Positions 37,548-50,388 of a DNA stretch of 64,000 nucleotides are shown here, one piece after another. The DNA is from Octopus sinensis (lineage: Eukaryota): the NCBI RefSeq assembly GCF_006345805.1, contig NC_043012.1, positions 2,418,001-2,482,000 on the forward strand, written 5' to 3'. The notes beneath the pieces were generated by a model. It was not told where the DNA came from. It did not search any database and was given only the letters and a program-made list of their open reading frames with translations. The translations under genes were made by a program, and so were the position numbers. Every line of letters begins with the position of its first letter. The first letter of the stretch is position 1.

Positions 37548-39869
37548 TCATGTTCTACATGAAAAATTCTACCAGTATTCGAAGTTTCAAACTGTTTAGT
37601 TAAAAGAAAATGAATTTTAAAAATCTGTGATTGGGATAGAATAGATCCATACGGAGCACACACACACACAACGGACTTTAATTTTTTTCATTTACCAAAT
37701 TCACTCATGAGACATTGGTCGGTCTGGGACTAAAGTAGAAAATACTTGCCCAGAACTGAACTCGAAACCACGTGGATGAAAAGTATGCTTCTTAACCATA
37801 CAGCCATGCCTGCACCTAACCTTGCTGGGTTTTTCTCCCCCGCTACCCCATTTTTGTTGCTGGGTGTAAATGGGAGGTGAAAATTGAAACGGGTCAGAAC
37901 TGAACGCGAGCTGAATGAATTGTTAGGAAAAGATGCCAAGAAAACTTCAATAAATGACTGATTTAAAAAAAAAAATTCATTGTTTTAAGATATTGTATAA
38001 GAAAACATTGTTGTTTCACATACGTGTAAATGCCCTTTATATAACATATGGTGTTATTGAATACTACAATCTGGCCATATAGTATCAGTTAAAGCTACTT
38101 AAAATATTTGTTTATTTAAATGAAAATTGACTTTTTCACCTCAAGCCAAAATTGTGATATTTCTTTCATTGTTATTGTTTAGCTTCCAAGTAAGTCTTGC
38201 TAAAATGATCTGGGACTAAAATTACCCTAGGGCCCAGGGCAATCATGAGGTAACCCTGCAGCTTGTGTAACTTTCCGAAAGGCACGCCTGACGAAAATGA
38301 AAAACCATGATCCACGCGGGCCGCTTCTCGAAAAAGGTTATCTATATCTGACCTAGGACTATTTTACCCAATGTTTTTCCTTTTCAAGTCCGTTATACTG
38401 TAGCCATTTGAGAGAGATTTTACTGTTATTTCTAGTGGTTTGATTGTCACGTATAGTCTCCTTCAATGACTCGTTAGATACCAGTAAATTTGCAGGAGAG
38501 CATTTGTAGAAAATAATACTTAAACGAAATTAATCTTCAGTCTGTAAAATTCATGTTGTGATTTGAAATCAGTGTTGACTTCGCCTGTTATTTTCCCTGG
38601 ATCGATACTGTAAGTAGCATTAATATAATTGAGTTATATACTTCTCTCTTACTGAGATAAAATTTGAAAAATGTACTCTCTGTATTGTGTCGTAACACTT
38701 AGTAAATACAGTTTACAAGCCATGAGGAAACCTCCATGTGGTCCATCGACCTACTAGAAATAACGACTAAATCTCCTTCCATCTTAAAACAAGACCTTTT
38801 AGCTAATGTAGTCTGGGTTACATTATTTGTGAAAACAAGACTGGATAATAATGGTTTGAATATCTTTTCGTTATGGGTTTTTCGATCAATACTAAATGTG
38901 GACTAAATAACTTTATTTTTAGTAAGAGGTGGTGAATTGGCAATATCTTAGGGGGTTGGATTGAATGCCTTGCAGCTATTATTCTATTTCTGTTCTCTGA
39001 GTTCAAATACCGCTGAGGTTAACTTTGTTTTTACACTTTTGGGATCGATTAAAAAGCAAAAAAAGATACCAGTGCAGGACAGTGGGCGGAGGGAATTGTT
39101 ATAACGTTGAGTGGGATGCCTTGTGGTGTCTTTTAATTATCTGCATTCTAAAGGCAACAACGCCTGCGATGCATCTTGGTGCCAACATGTATCAAGCTTG
39201 TTTCTCTCTTCAATACCGTCGATGGCGAGGACAGGAGAGATCTCCTCTGACCTCCTCCAGTAAATCTTGCCTCGGCCTGCTAGTGGCGTAGCGGTGGATT
39301 TTAGCCCCGCTTCTCTTCCAACGAAACATACTATCGACTATAGCAAACACACATTTAAAGTGCCCCCCCCCATCCTGTTCACACATCCCATTGAACTCTA
39401 CTGAGACCTGTCTTGTAGAGAGTAACTTTCCAAGTGTAGTTACATGGTCAACCCCGACCGACAAAGACCTTAAGACACATCAGTAAACTTTGCACGCAAA
39501 GTTTTTTTTTTTTTGTATGGTTGAAACAACAGAATGTACTGTTATTAAATTTCTCTCTCCTTTTCCTTGTTATTACATAGAAAGGCAAACAAGTAAATAT
39601 GTCGAGAGAATAAATAAATTGCTTATCCAAAAAGAACTAGGGAGGGGGAGTTGGGTTGGTCCAGGAGTGTAGAACTATCTGCTTCTGAATATAACTAATC
39701 TGGGTTCTTAGCAATATTGAGAGAAAAAAAAAAAACCAACCTTTTATTTCCAACAGAGATGATATCTACATATATAACACATATGAACCAAAGCTACATT
39801 AAGATTCAAATCCCAAACTGAAGAAAACATAAACGTAAGCGAAGAAAGAGAAAAAAGGAAGAAAAAAGC

Positions 39870-40390
39870 ATCAACACCGAGTGCATGTGGGAGGGTGCAA
39901 AGGGGTCATAGACTGTGGTATCCCAGATGAGGCACCTACTTCTTAACCAGGGACAAAAGGTAAGATCTGGTCCTGTTACTTCTGAATAATCCCACCGGCT
40001 CCAGAACTGAGGAGATACTAACTCGAGCCAGGGTCCGTCTAATGATTACGTTTAGCTCGGTGTGACGAGCGAAACGACCACAGGCAAGACACCAATCTGG
40101 TTCCCCGAGAATTTCGCACCTGCAGAAAGTAAACGACACCTTGAAAGTTGATCAGATTGATCAAAGTAGCACCTGAGCCCTGATTCTCATTCTCTCTGCT
40201 TTTGTCTATCTTCAGCTGTATCAGGAACTGACAAACCCAGTTCACTCCACTGTTGCAGAGCTTCATTCATGTCCCTGTTGGAACTAGTCCATGTTGGAAA
40301 GGAGAGGATGTTGCTTACCGAAGGGGAGCAAGCGTGGATGGAGGAAAGAAAACCCGGAAGAGAATAGAGACGAGCACTTAACGTAAACCT
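39870..40390 (-). mobile_element. Decayed RLE-type (CRE-like) non-LTR retrotransposon ORF fragment
   Basis: With frameshifts: LPGFLSSIHACSPSVSNIL...EALQQWSELG...RQKQRE*...DQLSRCRLLSAG...CGRFARHTELNVIIRRTLARVSISSVLEPVGLFRS...PDLTFCPWLRSRCLIWDTTVYDPFAPSH. This matches the CCHC-knuckle plus PD-(D/E)xK region of RLE elements. Confidence 0.8.
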
Positions 40391-43300
40391 AGAAAATGTA
40401 TGTCGACATACAATCGATGCTTTCAGAAATCTTTTGGTGATACTCTCAAACAATCCCTATCTTTTAAGTGCTCTTCTTTAATCGTTTAATATAAACACTA
40501 AGTGCTGTTGTCAGTCAAGATAAATATTGTTATTAATAACATTTAAATTAAGTTAGTCACTTCGGTTGTTTCAGACTAACCGGTCTGGCTTTATGGTTCG
40601 ATTACTAATCGATAAAAATTAACCCCCCCCTCCAATCACTTTGTGGCTGTTGAAAAAAACAAAAGAATTATTTTCTTGAAATGTCGGATTTGTTCGTAAA
40701 CAAGTTAGAAATAACTTTTTTTTTTATTTACATTTTCAGTACACACTTTTAACATCCATCTTTATTTATTTTACAAAAGGCGTAGAAATTTCTCTTATTT
40801 TGTCATTGCAAGTAGATCTTCATGACATATGGCGTGGGTAAGACAGCTCATGGGGCAAAACAAATAATTGCTGGGTGGGGGCGCTAATTTATTTATACTA
40901 TTTTATATTTCTTTTGAATTTTTTTAAAACCTGGTTAACAACCCTGTGGCCCCCGCCTATGCCACACCACTATATCCTGTAACTTGCAGTTTTCGGATTA
41001 GTTTATTTTTCATTTACGGAGATGTTAGACCCTCCTCTTTTAGAACATATAGAAAAGAGGTAAGATATAAAATGAGTAAATATTCAAAATATTGTAATAC
41101 TGAATCAGATACTTTGAATTAACTGTCCGAGATAGAATTCTTCTGAAAAATGATAAAATAATTGATCTTGCAGTGCTAAGCAAACTTTCCTTCCAAACAC
41201 GGTAAAAATTACAATTTAAAGTCGTAATTTATCTTTTCATTGATCCATTTCCACCTTATTATCTGTTGCTTCTCTGTATCTCCTTTATTATTTATCTTTG
41301 GCAGTATTTTCTCTCGTCTACTGCGATTCGTCTTTTATACATGCTGACATTAACATAATGTTAACATCTTTCGATTCCACTACCATTTATTATTTCCGTT
41401 CTTGGTAATTCCACAAAACATGGAATTCAAAACGGCAAATTCAATTATATGGGTGTTTCATTTTAAGGATTTACACTGAAATGTAATACACTACATACAT
41501 ACATTCTTAGATACACCCACACACAGCAGGGAAAACAGACTTTAAATATGTGTGTATGTGTTTAAGACAATTAAAAAAATTGCATTAACATATATTTGCT
41601 AATGTGATTTAAAAAAAAAAACTTCCCATTTGTTTAAAGGTTGTAGTTGTAAAAGAAAATTTTTTTTCTATGTAGCGCAAGTATTACATAGGAAATTTTA
41701 TTTTCATTTTTCTTTCTCTTTTCATTGACCCAGTTAAATGAAAATCCAACTTGTGCTTTTTTGTCAATACTTCTATTGTTTGTATCGTCTGCATTTTTTT
41801 TGTCACCGATAGATTAGCTTTCTAATATAACTACATGAAAGAAATATCTTAGGACATTTTTATAGTTTTAACAAACTATAAGAGAAGTTTCTTTAAAAAA
41901 AATTTAGCTCAAGATTTTCTTCTTTACTGGGAAACATTTAGACTCCAGTGACATTTAAAAATTTGCTGTATTATGGTTAATGTAGATTTTAGAATAAACT
42001 TGTGTGTAAAGTATATTGGCGGAGGTAAGGAATACGCATACCACCCGTCTTCGGCGTAACCCTAAACCTAAACACCGAGTTTATGCAGAAGGTTATCTTA
42101 ATTGGTGAGCATTGTTGCATTATTCAACCATTTCTGATTTTCACCACCTATTTTATTTTTATTAAAAGCAGTATTCCTTTTTTTTTTTCCGAATGAACTC
42201 CCCCATTCATCATACCTCCACATACAATCTCTGTTTTATCTTAATTCTGTCATCTTTTGAAAGCTGCACTTCTGCTGATGTCATGTCAAATTGTTAACCT
42301 ACAAAAATTCAAGCTAAATATTGATTTCTAACATAGGCACATGATCACAAGGTTTGGGGGAGTATAATTGATTGGTTCGTTATTCCTTCGACCCTGCAAA
42401 GATGAAAAGCAAAGTCGTCTTTGGCGGAAATTGAACTCAGAACATATAGAGACGTAATTAAGTTGATTTGAAAAGGCATATTTGTTAGTCGCTCTCCCGA
42501 TTTTACCAATCCGAGCCAAGTACAATCATTCTAACCACCCACAACCACCTTTCTTCATCACATGATCACAGGGTCCCTCTTCCTCCCCGCTCCGAAGACT
42601 ATGATACTTCTTTGTTCTATTATTGAGACACTTGTCACTGCTTGCTTTAATAGTCTCAGCTGGAGAACAGTTAATGAGCAGTCGATGCTAAGAAACAATT
42701 CCAGCTGCATCAACACGCTTTTTAAAGATTACAAACAAATCAGAACGGTGATATCAGCACAACAAACCGGCACTTGCAGCTTCTCAAGCTTAACTCCTAT
42801 TTCACAATTTAATGACGTAAACCAATAAAAACTGAACAGGGAGCGAGGACACAGTTCCCTTTATTTCCTCACACTGCTCCGGAATCTTTTTTTCCCTCTC
42901 CTTTCCTTGCTGACCTGAGTATGTTGACTTGCTTTTAAAGACCTGACTGACTTCTGCAAAATCTGACATTAATGAATATGACGCTGTTGGCGATAGGGGG
43001 TGTTAGTGGAGAATCTGTGTTATTATGTTCTTTATTGTTTGATGTTTGCAGAGAATCTACTTGAAGTAATCCCATTAATGAGACAAACTGTTCTTAAAAT
43101 AGCCAGTGACAGCTACTAAAGAGTATAAACAATCCACAAAGAAATAATTTCTTGAATGATTTGAAATGATGTTACAGCTGCTGGTTGATGGGGTCAAATG
43201 GATATTAAACACACCACACCCCACCAAGCTTTTCCTTCTTGGCACAATAGTTGTTCAGTTTAAGGTTCTGGATGGCTGATTACAATGTCAAAAGTTCATA

Positions 43301-44476
43301 TCTTACAACAGCCATTGCTCTTCCTTCTTAAATCTATACCTTCTCTCATGGCCCCACTGCACTCTGCCATGGTTGTGTTATTTAGGGCCCCCTCCATTCA
43401 TAGCTTGAAACTTATTATTAAAACCCTTAGTTGCTGTTAACTTTTTTTACAAAGAAAATTTCAATCATTTTCTTTTATTTTTCACTTGTTCCGCCTTGAA
43501 GAGTTTTTAGTTGAATAAATTGACTCTTGTACTTATTTTTTAAAGCCTAGTAACTTATTCTGTCTCTTTTGCATAAAAATACACTTGATCGGAGCAAGTT
43601 TTACTGGTACATAAATATGTACTGTGTGTGTATGTGGCACACACACACACCTAGCAACGCTAGCTCAGTTATTTCATCATTTTATTTTGTTCTGAATAAT
43701 TCTACCCCAAACCGTTTGTATCCATCTGTTTGAAATAATTAAGGAACTTCTACAGTGTCTCATGATCTAGAAATAGCTGTTAAATTCACTTAAAATCATA
43801 CCTTATTGTTTAAAAAAAAAAGAAGACATTTTAGATAATGTAATCCTATGTAGCCTGTGTTGGTCATGTCTGGAACTTCTTTTCGTCATGAGCCTGCTAG
43901 ATCTAGACTGACTTCGGGTTAAGCAGCAATAATATTCATCAGCTAGCACGTGGAAGGATTCGAGCGAAGCACTGCATGTTAATAGAATAGTAGTTATACA
44001 ATACTCCAACCATTACACAGAATGAGTTGTGCATCTTTATGGTTCTATTTAGAACTTATTCAAAGAATAAGGTGAAGTTAAGTGTATTCATTGTATATAT
44101 AGTACAGCTGTTCTTACGAAGCCCTGCCCACCACAACAGAATTGAAATCTTGAAACCAAGGTAAGGTACCTCATAAAAAGTGGAGAGTGTGCTGGTGCCA
44201 CATAAAAAGCACTGGTGATGGTGCCATGTAAAAAAAGCACCCAGTACACTCTGTGGGGTGGTTGGTGTTAGGAAGGGCATACAGCTGTAGAAACCAAGCC
44301 AAGACAGACAATGGAACCTGGTGCAGCCCCTGGCACTGCCTGTTCCTGTCAAGCCAAGCCATCATAGAAAACGGATGTTGATGATAAAGTACTAGTGGTG
44401 ATACATGAACCCTCAGCTTTATATTTTTAAGTTGCAGAAGGGTCAGTTTCCTGTGAATCTTACCAGCCTAGTCAGT

Positions 44477-44681
44477 TTAACTCTAGTATTCAGATTACTC
44501 AGTCACACGTAATGCTTATTTATTCACATTGTTTTGAATTAATTATGCATTATCTTTGAGCTTCATGATTTCAATGACATGACTGTTTCTTTTTAAAATG
44601 ACATTGTAGGGTAGGTGTGAGAGGCGGGATCTAGTAGAATATTTGGTTCAGGTTTGGCCAGTTTAAATGCTAAAGGGTTAA
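44477..44681 (-). mobile_element. piggyBac-like MITE (family E), diverged
   Basis: ttaactctagtattcagattac ... gtttaaatgctaaagggttaa. Confidence 0.75.
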
Positions 44682-44749
44682 AGAGTTCAAGTTTGGTATT
44701 TTGTGGTTCTCAGTTCAATCCCTGCCAAGGAGAACTCAACCTCATAAGT

Positions 44750-45400
44750 CTTTTCTATTTTACTTGTTTCAGTCATTAGGCTGCGGCCATGCTGGAGCAC
44801 TGCCTTGGAGGATTTTAAGCTGAATGAATTGACCCTAGTACTTATTTCTTTTTAAGTCTGTTATTTATTGTATTGGTCTCTTTTGCCACACCACTATGGG
44901 GACATAAATATACCAACACCAGTTATTTATATACAATAGTCTACTTTCAGTTTCTTATTTCTTTATTGCCACAAGGGGCTAAACATAGAATGTAAAGACA
45001 GATGAAATACCTATTTCTTTATTACCCACAAGGGGCTAAACATAGAGGGGACAAACAAGGACAGACAAAGGCATTAAGTTGATTACATCGACCTCAGTGC
45101 ATAACTGGTACTTAATTTATCGACCCTGAAAGGATGAAAGGCAAAGTCGACCTTGGCGGAATTTAAACTCAGAATGTAATGGCAGACAAAATATCGCTAA
45201 GCATTTCGCCCGGCTTGCTAATGTTTCTGCCAGCTCACCGCCTTGCTTCTTTCAGTTTCTGCTTACCAAATCCACTCACAAGGCTTTGGTTAGCCCAATG
45301 CTATAGTAGAGAACACTTGCCCAAGGTGCAACGCAGTGGTACTGAACCCAGAATCATGTGGTTGGGAAGCAAACTTCTTACCACACGACCACGCCTGTGC
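44750..45400 (-). mobile_element. SINE A interrupted by a SINE B variant
   Basis: SINE B occupies 44955-45244 between copies of ctttcagtttc (44944-44954 and 45249-45259). Confidence 0.78.
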
Positions 45401-47276
45401 CTTTGTATGCATTTTTATTTCAGCTGTGTGTATGTTGTGTATGAAATATTGATATTAAAGATTGGATCTCAGCTGGAATTTTTTTTCAATTTCCTTGATA
45501 TCACTAATACTTTCACCAAAAAGTATTAAGACCACAACTTCCCATTTCCTCTACTACTTTCTATATAAAATTTTATATCTTAGGATATTTTTTATCTGAT
45601 TTGTTTCTTTATGTTTCTTTATGAGTCAACATGAGTTGTAGTAGAGTGGGAGTTTCAAAACTGGTACACTGGTTGTAAATAATATTATTGAAAATACATT
45701 CTGGAGTCTATTTTAGTTCAACATTGTTTCTTTCTTACATTACAACTTGGTTCATTTCTTCTATATCAAGAAAGTAAAACGAGGAGTCAGTTCATTGTTA
45801 ATTAACTGTGGGTTGTTTGCATTTCTGTACTTTTATATTTACTTATATAGAGATCTAAGGTGAGAGGTTAATTGGCTTTTTTAATTAAAAAATGGCTTTA
45901 AACAATAAAGGCATCCAACAACAACAACAACAACAACATAAACAAACAAATCAAAATAACTCACAGTTTGTTGTGAAATATTTAAAGTGAAATGGTCTGA
46001 TGCCAGTGTATGTAAATGTACATTGTAAGCTATATTAGAGATATAGTGGAAGAGTGGGTTGGATAATTTGAAAGACAAGCAGGCAAAATGGCATGCAGTC
46101 ATGTTCTGAGTTCAAATAATACTGGGGTTAGCTTTGTATTTCATTCTTCCTGGGGTCATTAAAATAAATACTAGTTGAATACTATGGTCAATAATCAACT
46201 GTTTATCCTCAGCATGACCTTCCATCTGTATAAGAAATCTATAATGGTGTAGGTGCAGAGGAGATAATTTGGAGGCCTATATAACGATGCTATGCTGGAT
46301 GTCAGGGGTCGTTTTTATTAATTATCTTTATCATGCAGTGTGCCACAAACAGCTAATCACTAATTTACTCAGACATCTAGCTGATATTGAAATAGGGACG
46401 AGCAAGTTGTCTTTTTAAACAGCACTATAAAATTGACTCATTGTTAGCTTTCAATTTTCCTTTCAATCCCTCCCTCTCTCTCTGAGTGTAAAAAAGTTAT
46501 GTCTGTTCATATTCAGGACAAAGTTTGCTTGTTCTCTCATGTTTTTGGACACTTGTTCTCATCAAAAATGGCTGTGATGGCTGGTGTGCAATAGCCCATT
46601 CTTTTGTGTTTGATTCTAAAGATTTTTAGACTTCATGGGACAATGGTAGATGCGAGGCTAAAGTGATAGAATATTGGTTTTTGGATATTGATCATAGATT
46701 CAAACATTACAACAGCCTTTGTGCTGTGCCTTTATGTATGACACAAATATCACTCATCTTGTCTTAGTTTGACCTCCAGATTGGCAGAATCATTTGAGCA
46801 TGGGACAAAATGCCTTGTCTCACTCCCTGAGTTCAAATCTTACCTCAGTCAACTCTACCTTTCATCCCTCTTTTGTTGATAAAATAAAGTACCAATCAAG
46901 TACAGGGGGTGATTTAATCAACTAACTCCTACCTCCCAAAATTATGGGCCTTGTATCTAAAATTAGAAATTGTTATGAGGCAATGAGGAAACCTATGTAG
47001 TTGCTTACCTTGCTAAAAATAGTAGCCAAATTTTTCTCATGTTACACTCTGTTGTTTTAAGAGAAGGACATACTACTGGATAATATTAGACCTAGATACA
47101 TTGTCAGGGAAAAGATGGGATGGTCACAACTGGAATACTTTTGACCATAATGTCAGCATGATCCAGACTGATTTAGGTTAAACAAGTGCTGCTGTTGTGT
47201 AGTTTATATATATTGTGTCACAAAGTGCAATAACTCTAGTCTTATTGGTGTGTGTTTATGTATGTATACATATATC

Positions 47277-47640
47277 ATCATCATCATCATTTATCATTGT
47301 TTTCCACCCAGGCATGGGTTGGATGGTTTCACCAAAGCTGGTAAGCCAGAGAGCTGCACCAGGTTCCAATCTGATTTGGCTTGTTTTCTAAAGCTGGATG
47401 CCCTTCCAAATCCAAACACTTTGCAGTGTGTGCTGGGTGCTTTTAATGTGGCACCAGCATGAATGCTTTTACATGGTGCCGGCACAAGTCTCTTGTAGGC
47501 CAATCCTCTTCACCAGGGAATGTGGCCTTAACACTTCTGCTGTGGAGGATGGGTCTTCCTGAGTACAGCAAAGGTGCCAGGTATCTCAGTCCTTTGTCAT
47601 CTTGTCCTAAAGGTTCAGTGTTCTGAGGTTGTCCTTCATA
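47277..47640 (-). mobile_element. RTE 3' end linking the ORF C-terminus to the GAT-tailed UTR
   Basis: Minus strand atgacaaaggactgagatacctggcacc...gctgtactcaggaagacc resembles MT.DRD.W..AVL.KT; it is followed by repeat-unit sequence and the GAT tail. Confidence 0.7.
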
Positions 47641-48043
47641 TCTTTTCATTTTTTATTTTAGTCATTAGGCTGGGGCTCCACTTTAAAGAATTTTAGTCAA
47701 ATGAATCCACTGAAATACAAGTACTTGTATTTTGTAAGTCTGCTATTTATTCTTCTGGTCTCCTTTACCGAACTGCTAAGTCACGGATACATAAACACAC
47801 CAACACCGGTTGTCAAGCAGTGGTAGGGGACAAACACAGACACAAAGGCACACGCTCATACATCTGTACGTACACACACATACACACACACACGCATGCA
47901 TTCATACATACATATTGTTTCTGTCTACTAAATCCACTCACAAAGCTTTGGTCAGCCTGAGGCTATAGTAGAAGACAGCTTGCCCAAGGTGTCACAGAAT
48001 AGGACTGAACCTGGAACCATGTGGTTGGTAAGCAAACTTCTTA

Positions 48044-48082
<39 letters not shown>

Positions 48083-48299
48083 GACTGTTCAAATCAAAAT
48101 CTATAACGATATGTAAATATTTGCATTGAGGAATTAACATGGTTATTCTTTTATTCATCTACTTGTTTCAGTCATGCTGGAGCACCACTTTAACTTCTCT
48201 ATAATTTAACTTTATTTTATTATCATTTTCAATTACATTTTTGTACAATAACCACATTTGCTAGCATTTTAAAAATGGGTACACTATTAATTCAGTCTG

Positions 48300-48526
48300 T
48301 AACTAACATGCAACATCAGATTATTCTGTTAAAGGCAATGCATAATTATTCACATTTTTAGAATTAATCAGGCATTGTCTTATAGCCTTCAGATTTCTAT
48401 GAGATAGCATTAATTTATAGAATGATATTGTAGGGTATGTGTGAGGGACCAGATCTGGTCAGTTTGAATATAAAATAGGTAAAATATTTTGGCTGGATAT
48501 AGCTGGTTTAAATGCTAAATGGTTAA
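48300..48526 (-). mobile_element. piggyBac-like MITE (family E), diverged
   Basis: Interior matches the family; ends aatgctaaatggttaa. Confidence 0.7.
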
Positions 48527-48918
48527 AGTGGTTGGGGTTAGGAAGGGCATCCAGCTGTAAAAAACCATGCCGAAACAGCCGGTGGAGTTTGGTGCAGTTC
48601 TCTAGCAGGTTAGCTCCTGTCAAGTGTCCAACCCATTCCAGCTTGAAAGACTGACATTATTGTATTAGTTGTTGACCTTCAAGTTAAAGTCCCTGTGAAC
48701 CATTAATATCTGTCACTGTATAAAGCAACAACAGTGTTTTAGTCAATTTTTGCAAGGGTTACTTACTGGCTTCTTAATGAAGATTGATTCATTTGTGTTG
48801 GTAAGGAAGTAGATAACTAGAGCAAAGAGACCATGTGATGATAATGATAAGCTTACCACTACATGTGTACTATTATATTTAACAATCCACTGTTGTCACT
48901 TAAACTATACACTCTCTT

Positions 48919-48958
<40 letters not shown>

Positions 48959-50261
48959 CTCACTGGAAAGATCCCTTGTATCCCAGAAGGAAATCGCCAT
49001 TGTTCTGAATTATTAAAGTGCCAATTATTTGCTTACATTATCTCTCTAATACATAGTTTTTTTTTTTCTTTCTGAAAGGTCATCCATGTGAAAAGCATCT
49101 TCTTTTTTCTTTTTCTTTCCCCAATTGCGGATGACTTCTCCTACCCATTTAGCTTACAGCTACCATTTTCTTTAAGAAATGTGATAAATCAATGTTTTAT
49201 TTTATATAACATCAAATGTATTTGTTAGATTTTGTTAGTAATTGTTTTTTTTTTTTACTTTAGTTATCCTTCTTTTTTTTTTAATTAATGACTGAGATAA
49301 TGAACAAGTAGTCACTTTCCTTGCTAGAAATAGAAGGCAGTTATCTCAAATTATAAAAAACCGCCGACTTACAAAGATGGAAGGATGCATTGTATAATGT
49401 AATCCCGAATACACTATGCATGCCTTTTACCACTTCCTTGCTTCAGTCATTGGATTGTGGCCATGCTGGGGCACCACTTTAAAGAGTTTAATCAAACAAA
49501 TCAACCCTGGTACTTATTTTATTGGTCTCTTTTGCCAAACTGCTAAGTTGCAGAGGCTTAAACAAACCAGTACTGGTTGTCAAGCTGTGGTGGGGGACAA
49601 ACACACACATAAATACAATGTGCTTCTTTCAGTTTCTGTATATCAGATCCACTCACAATGTTTTGGTTGGTCCAAGGCTATAGTAGAAGACACTTGCCCA
49701 AGGTGCCATGCAGTGGGATTGAACCCGGAATCATGTGGTTGGGAAGCAAACTTCTAAACAATGCCATTAAAAAAAAGAAAGATGGTTGTGGTTGGAATGT
49801 CCTTGGTCATATATTTACTCAATCAGTGCCTGTATGCGGTGGCTTACCATGCTTGGAATAGCACCCAAATCTCTCTCGAATCCCATCTCACTCTCTTAAA
49901 CAAGGAAGAGCTCCTTAGATAATATATTCCTTTTAGACCCCTCCCCCATTAAGACAGAGTGGTCATGGTCAGAACATCTTTGATCATAGGTTTACTTGAT
50001 CAAGCTTGACTTAAGATTAAATGATAACAGCAGCTGCTCATCATAATATCTAGTACCATCAGCTACTTTCTGGCTTGTTGACAATTCTGAGTATCTTTGT
50101 TGTTGTTGTTGAACTCCAAGTCTGCCTTATTGAGCAAAACTATGATTATTGATGTTCCAACCATGACCATCCTGTCTGATTTTGATCAAACATAGGTTGT
50201 CTACAACTATATTTATCCAATGTATTTTCTCTTTCTTCATTCAGACACTAGGATAGTAGGG

Positions 50262-50388
50262 CAGCAGTCCATAACCTTTTCGCCACTAAAAGATCCCCCT
50301 TTTTATTTAAATCAATTATCCCATAGACCCTAGGCTTTTGAAATAAAAAAACCTATCTGCTCAACAAATATTGAATTGAGGACCACTG
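50262..50388. mobile_element. hAT-type MITE
   Basis: Ends cagcagtccataacc / ttgaggaccactg; flanks tagtaggg / aagtaggg (7/8 match). Confidence 0.65.

Larger units (their letters stand above)
35500..43000. promoter_or_regulatory. CpG-retaining (probably germline-unmethylated) domain
   Basis: Hand count: 15 CpG in 36301-36660 versus 0 in 14521-14880 and 0 in 50641-51000; diverged SINEs in the block still carry CpG. Confidence 0.7.

Noticed and set aside
39210-39464. Integrase-like reading of this 84-aa ORF
   Set aside because: No D..D/E triad context; better explained, tentatively, as the decayed C-terminus of the adjacent RLE element.
42060-42080. Telomere-like taaccctaaacctaaac
   Set aside because: Too short and irregular; more likely part of an interspersed repeat.
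43907-43924. TDFGLS kinase DFG motif
   Set aside because: Two in-frame stops immediately upstream, no acceptor tract and no other kinase motifs.
46334-46380. CHKQLITNLLRHL zinc-finger-like peptide after a good acceptor
   Set aside because: Cys/His spacing fits neither C2H2 nor BED without a frameshift; there is no donor and a stop follows soon after.
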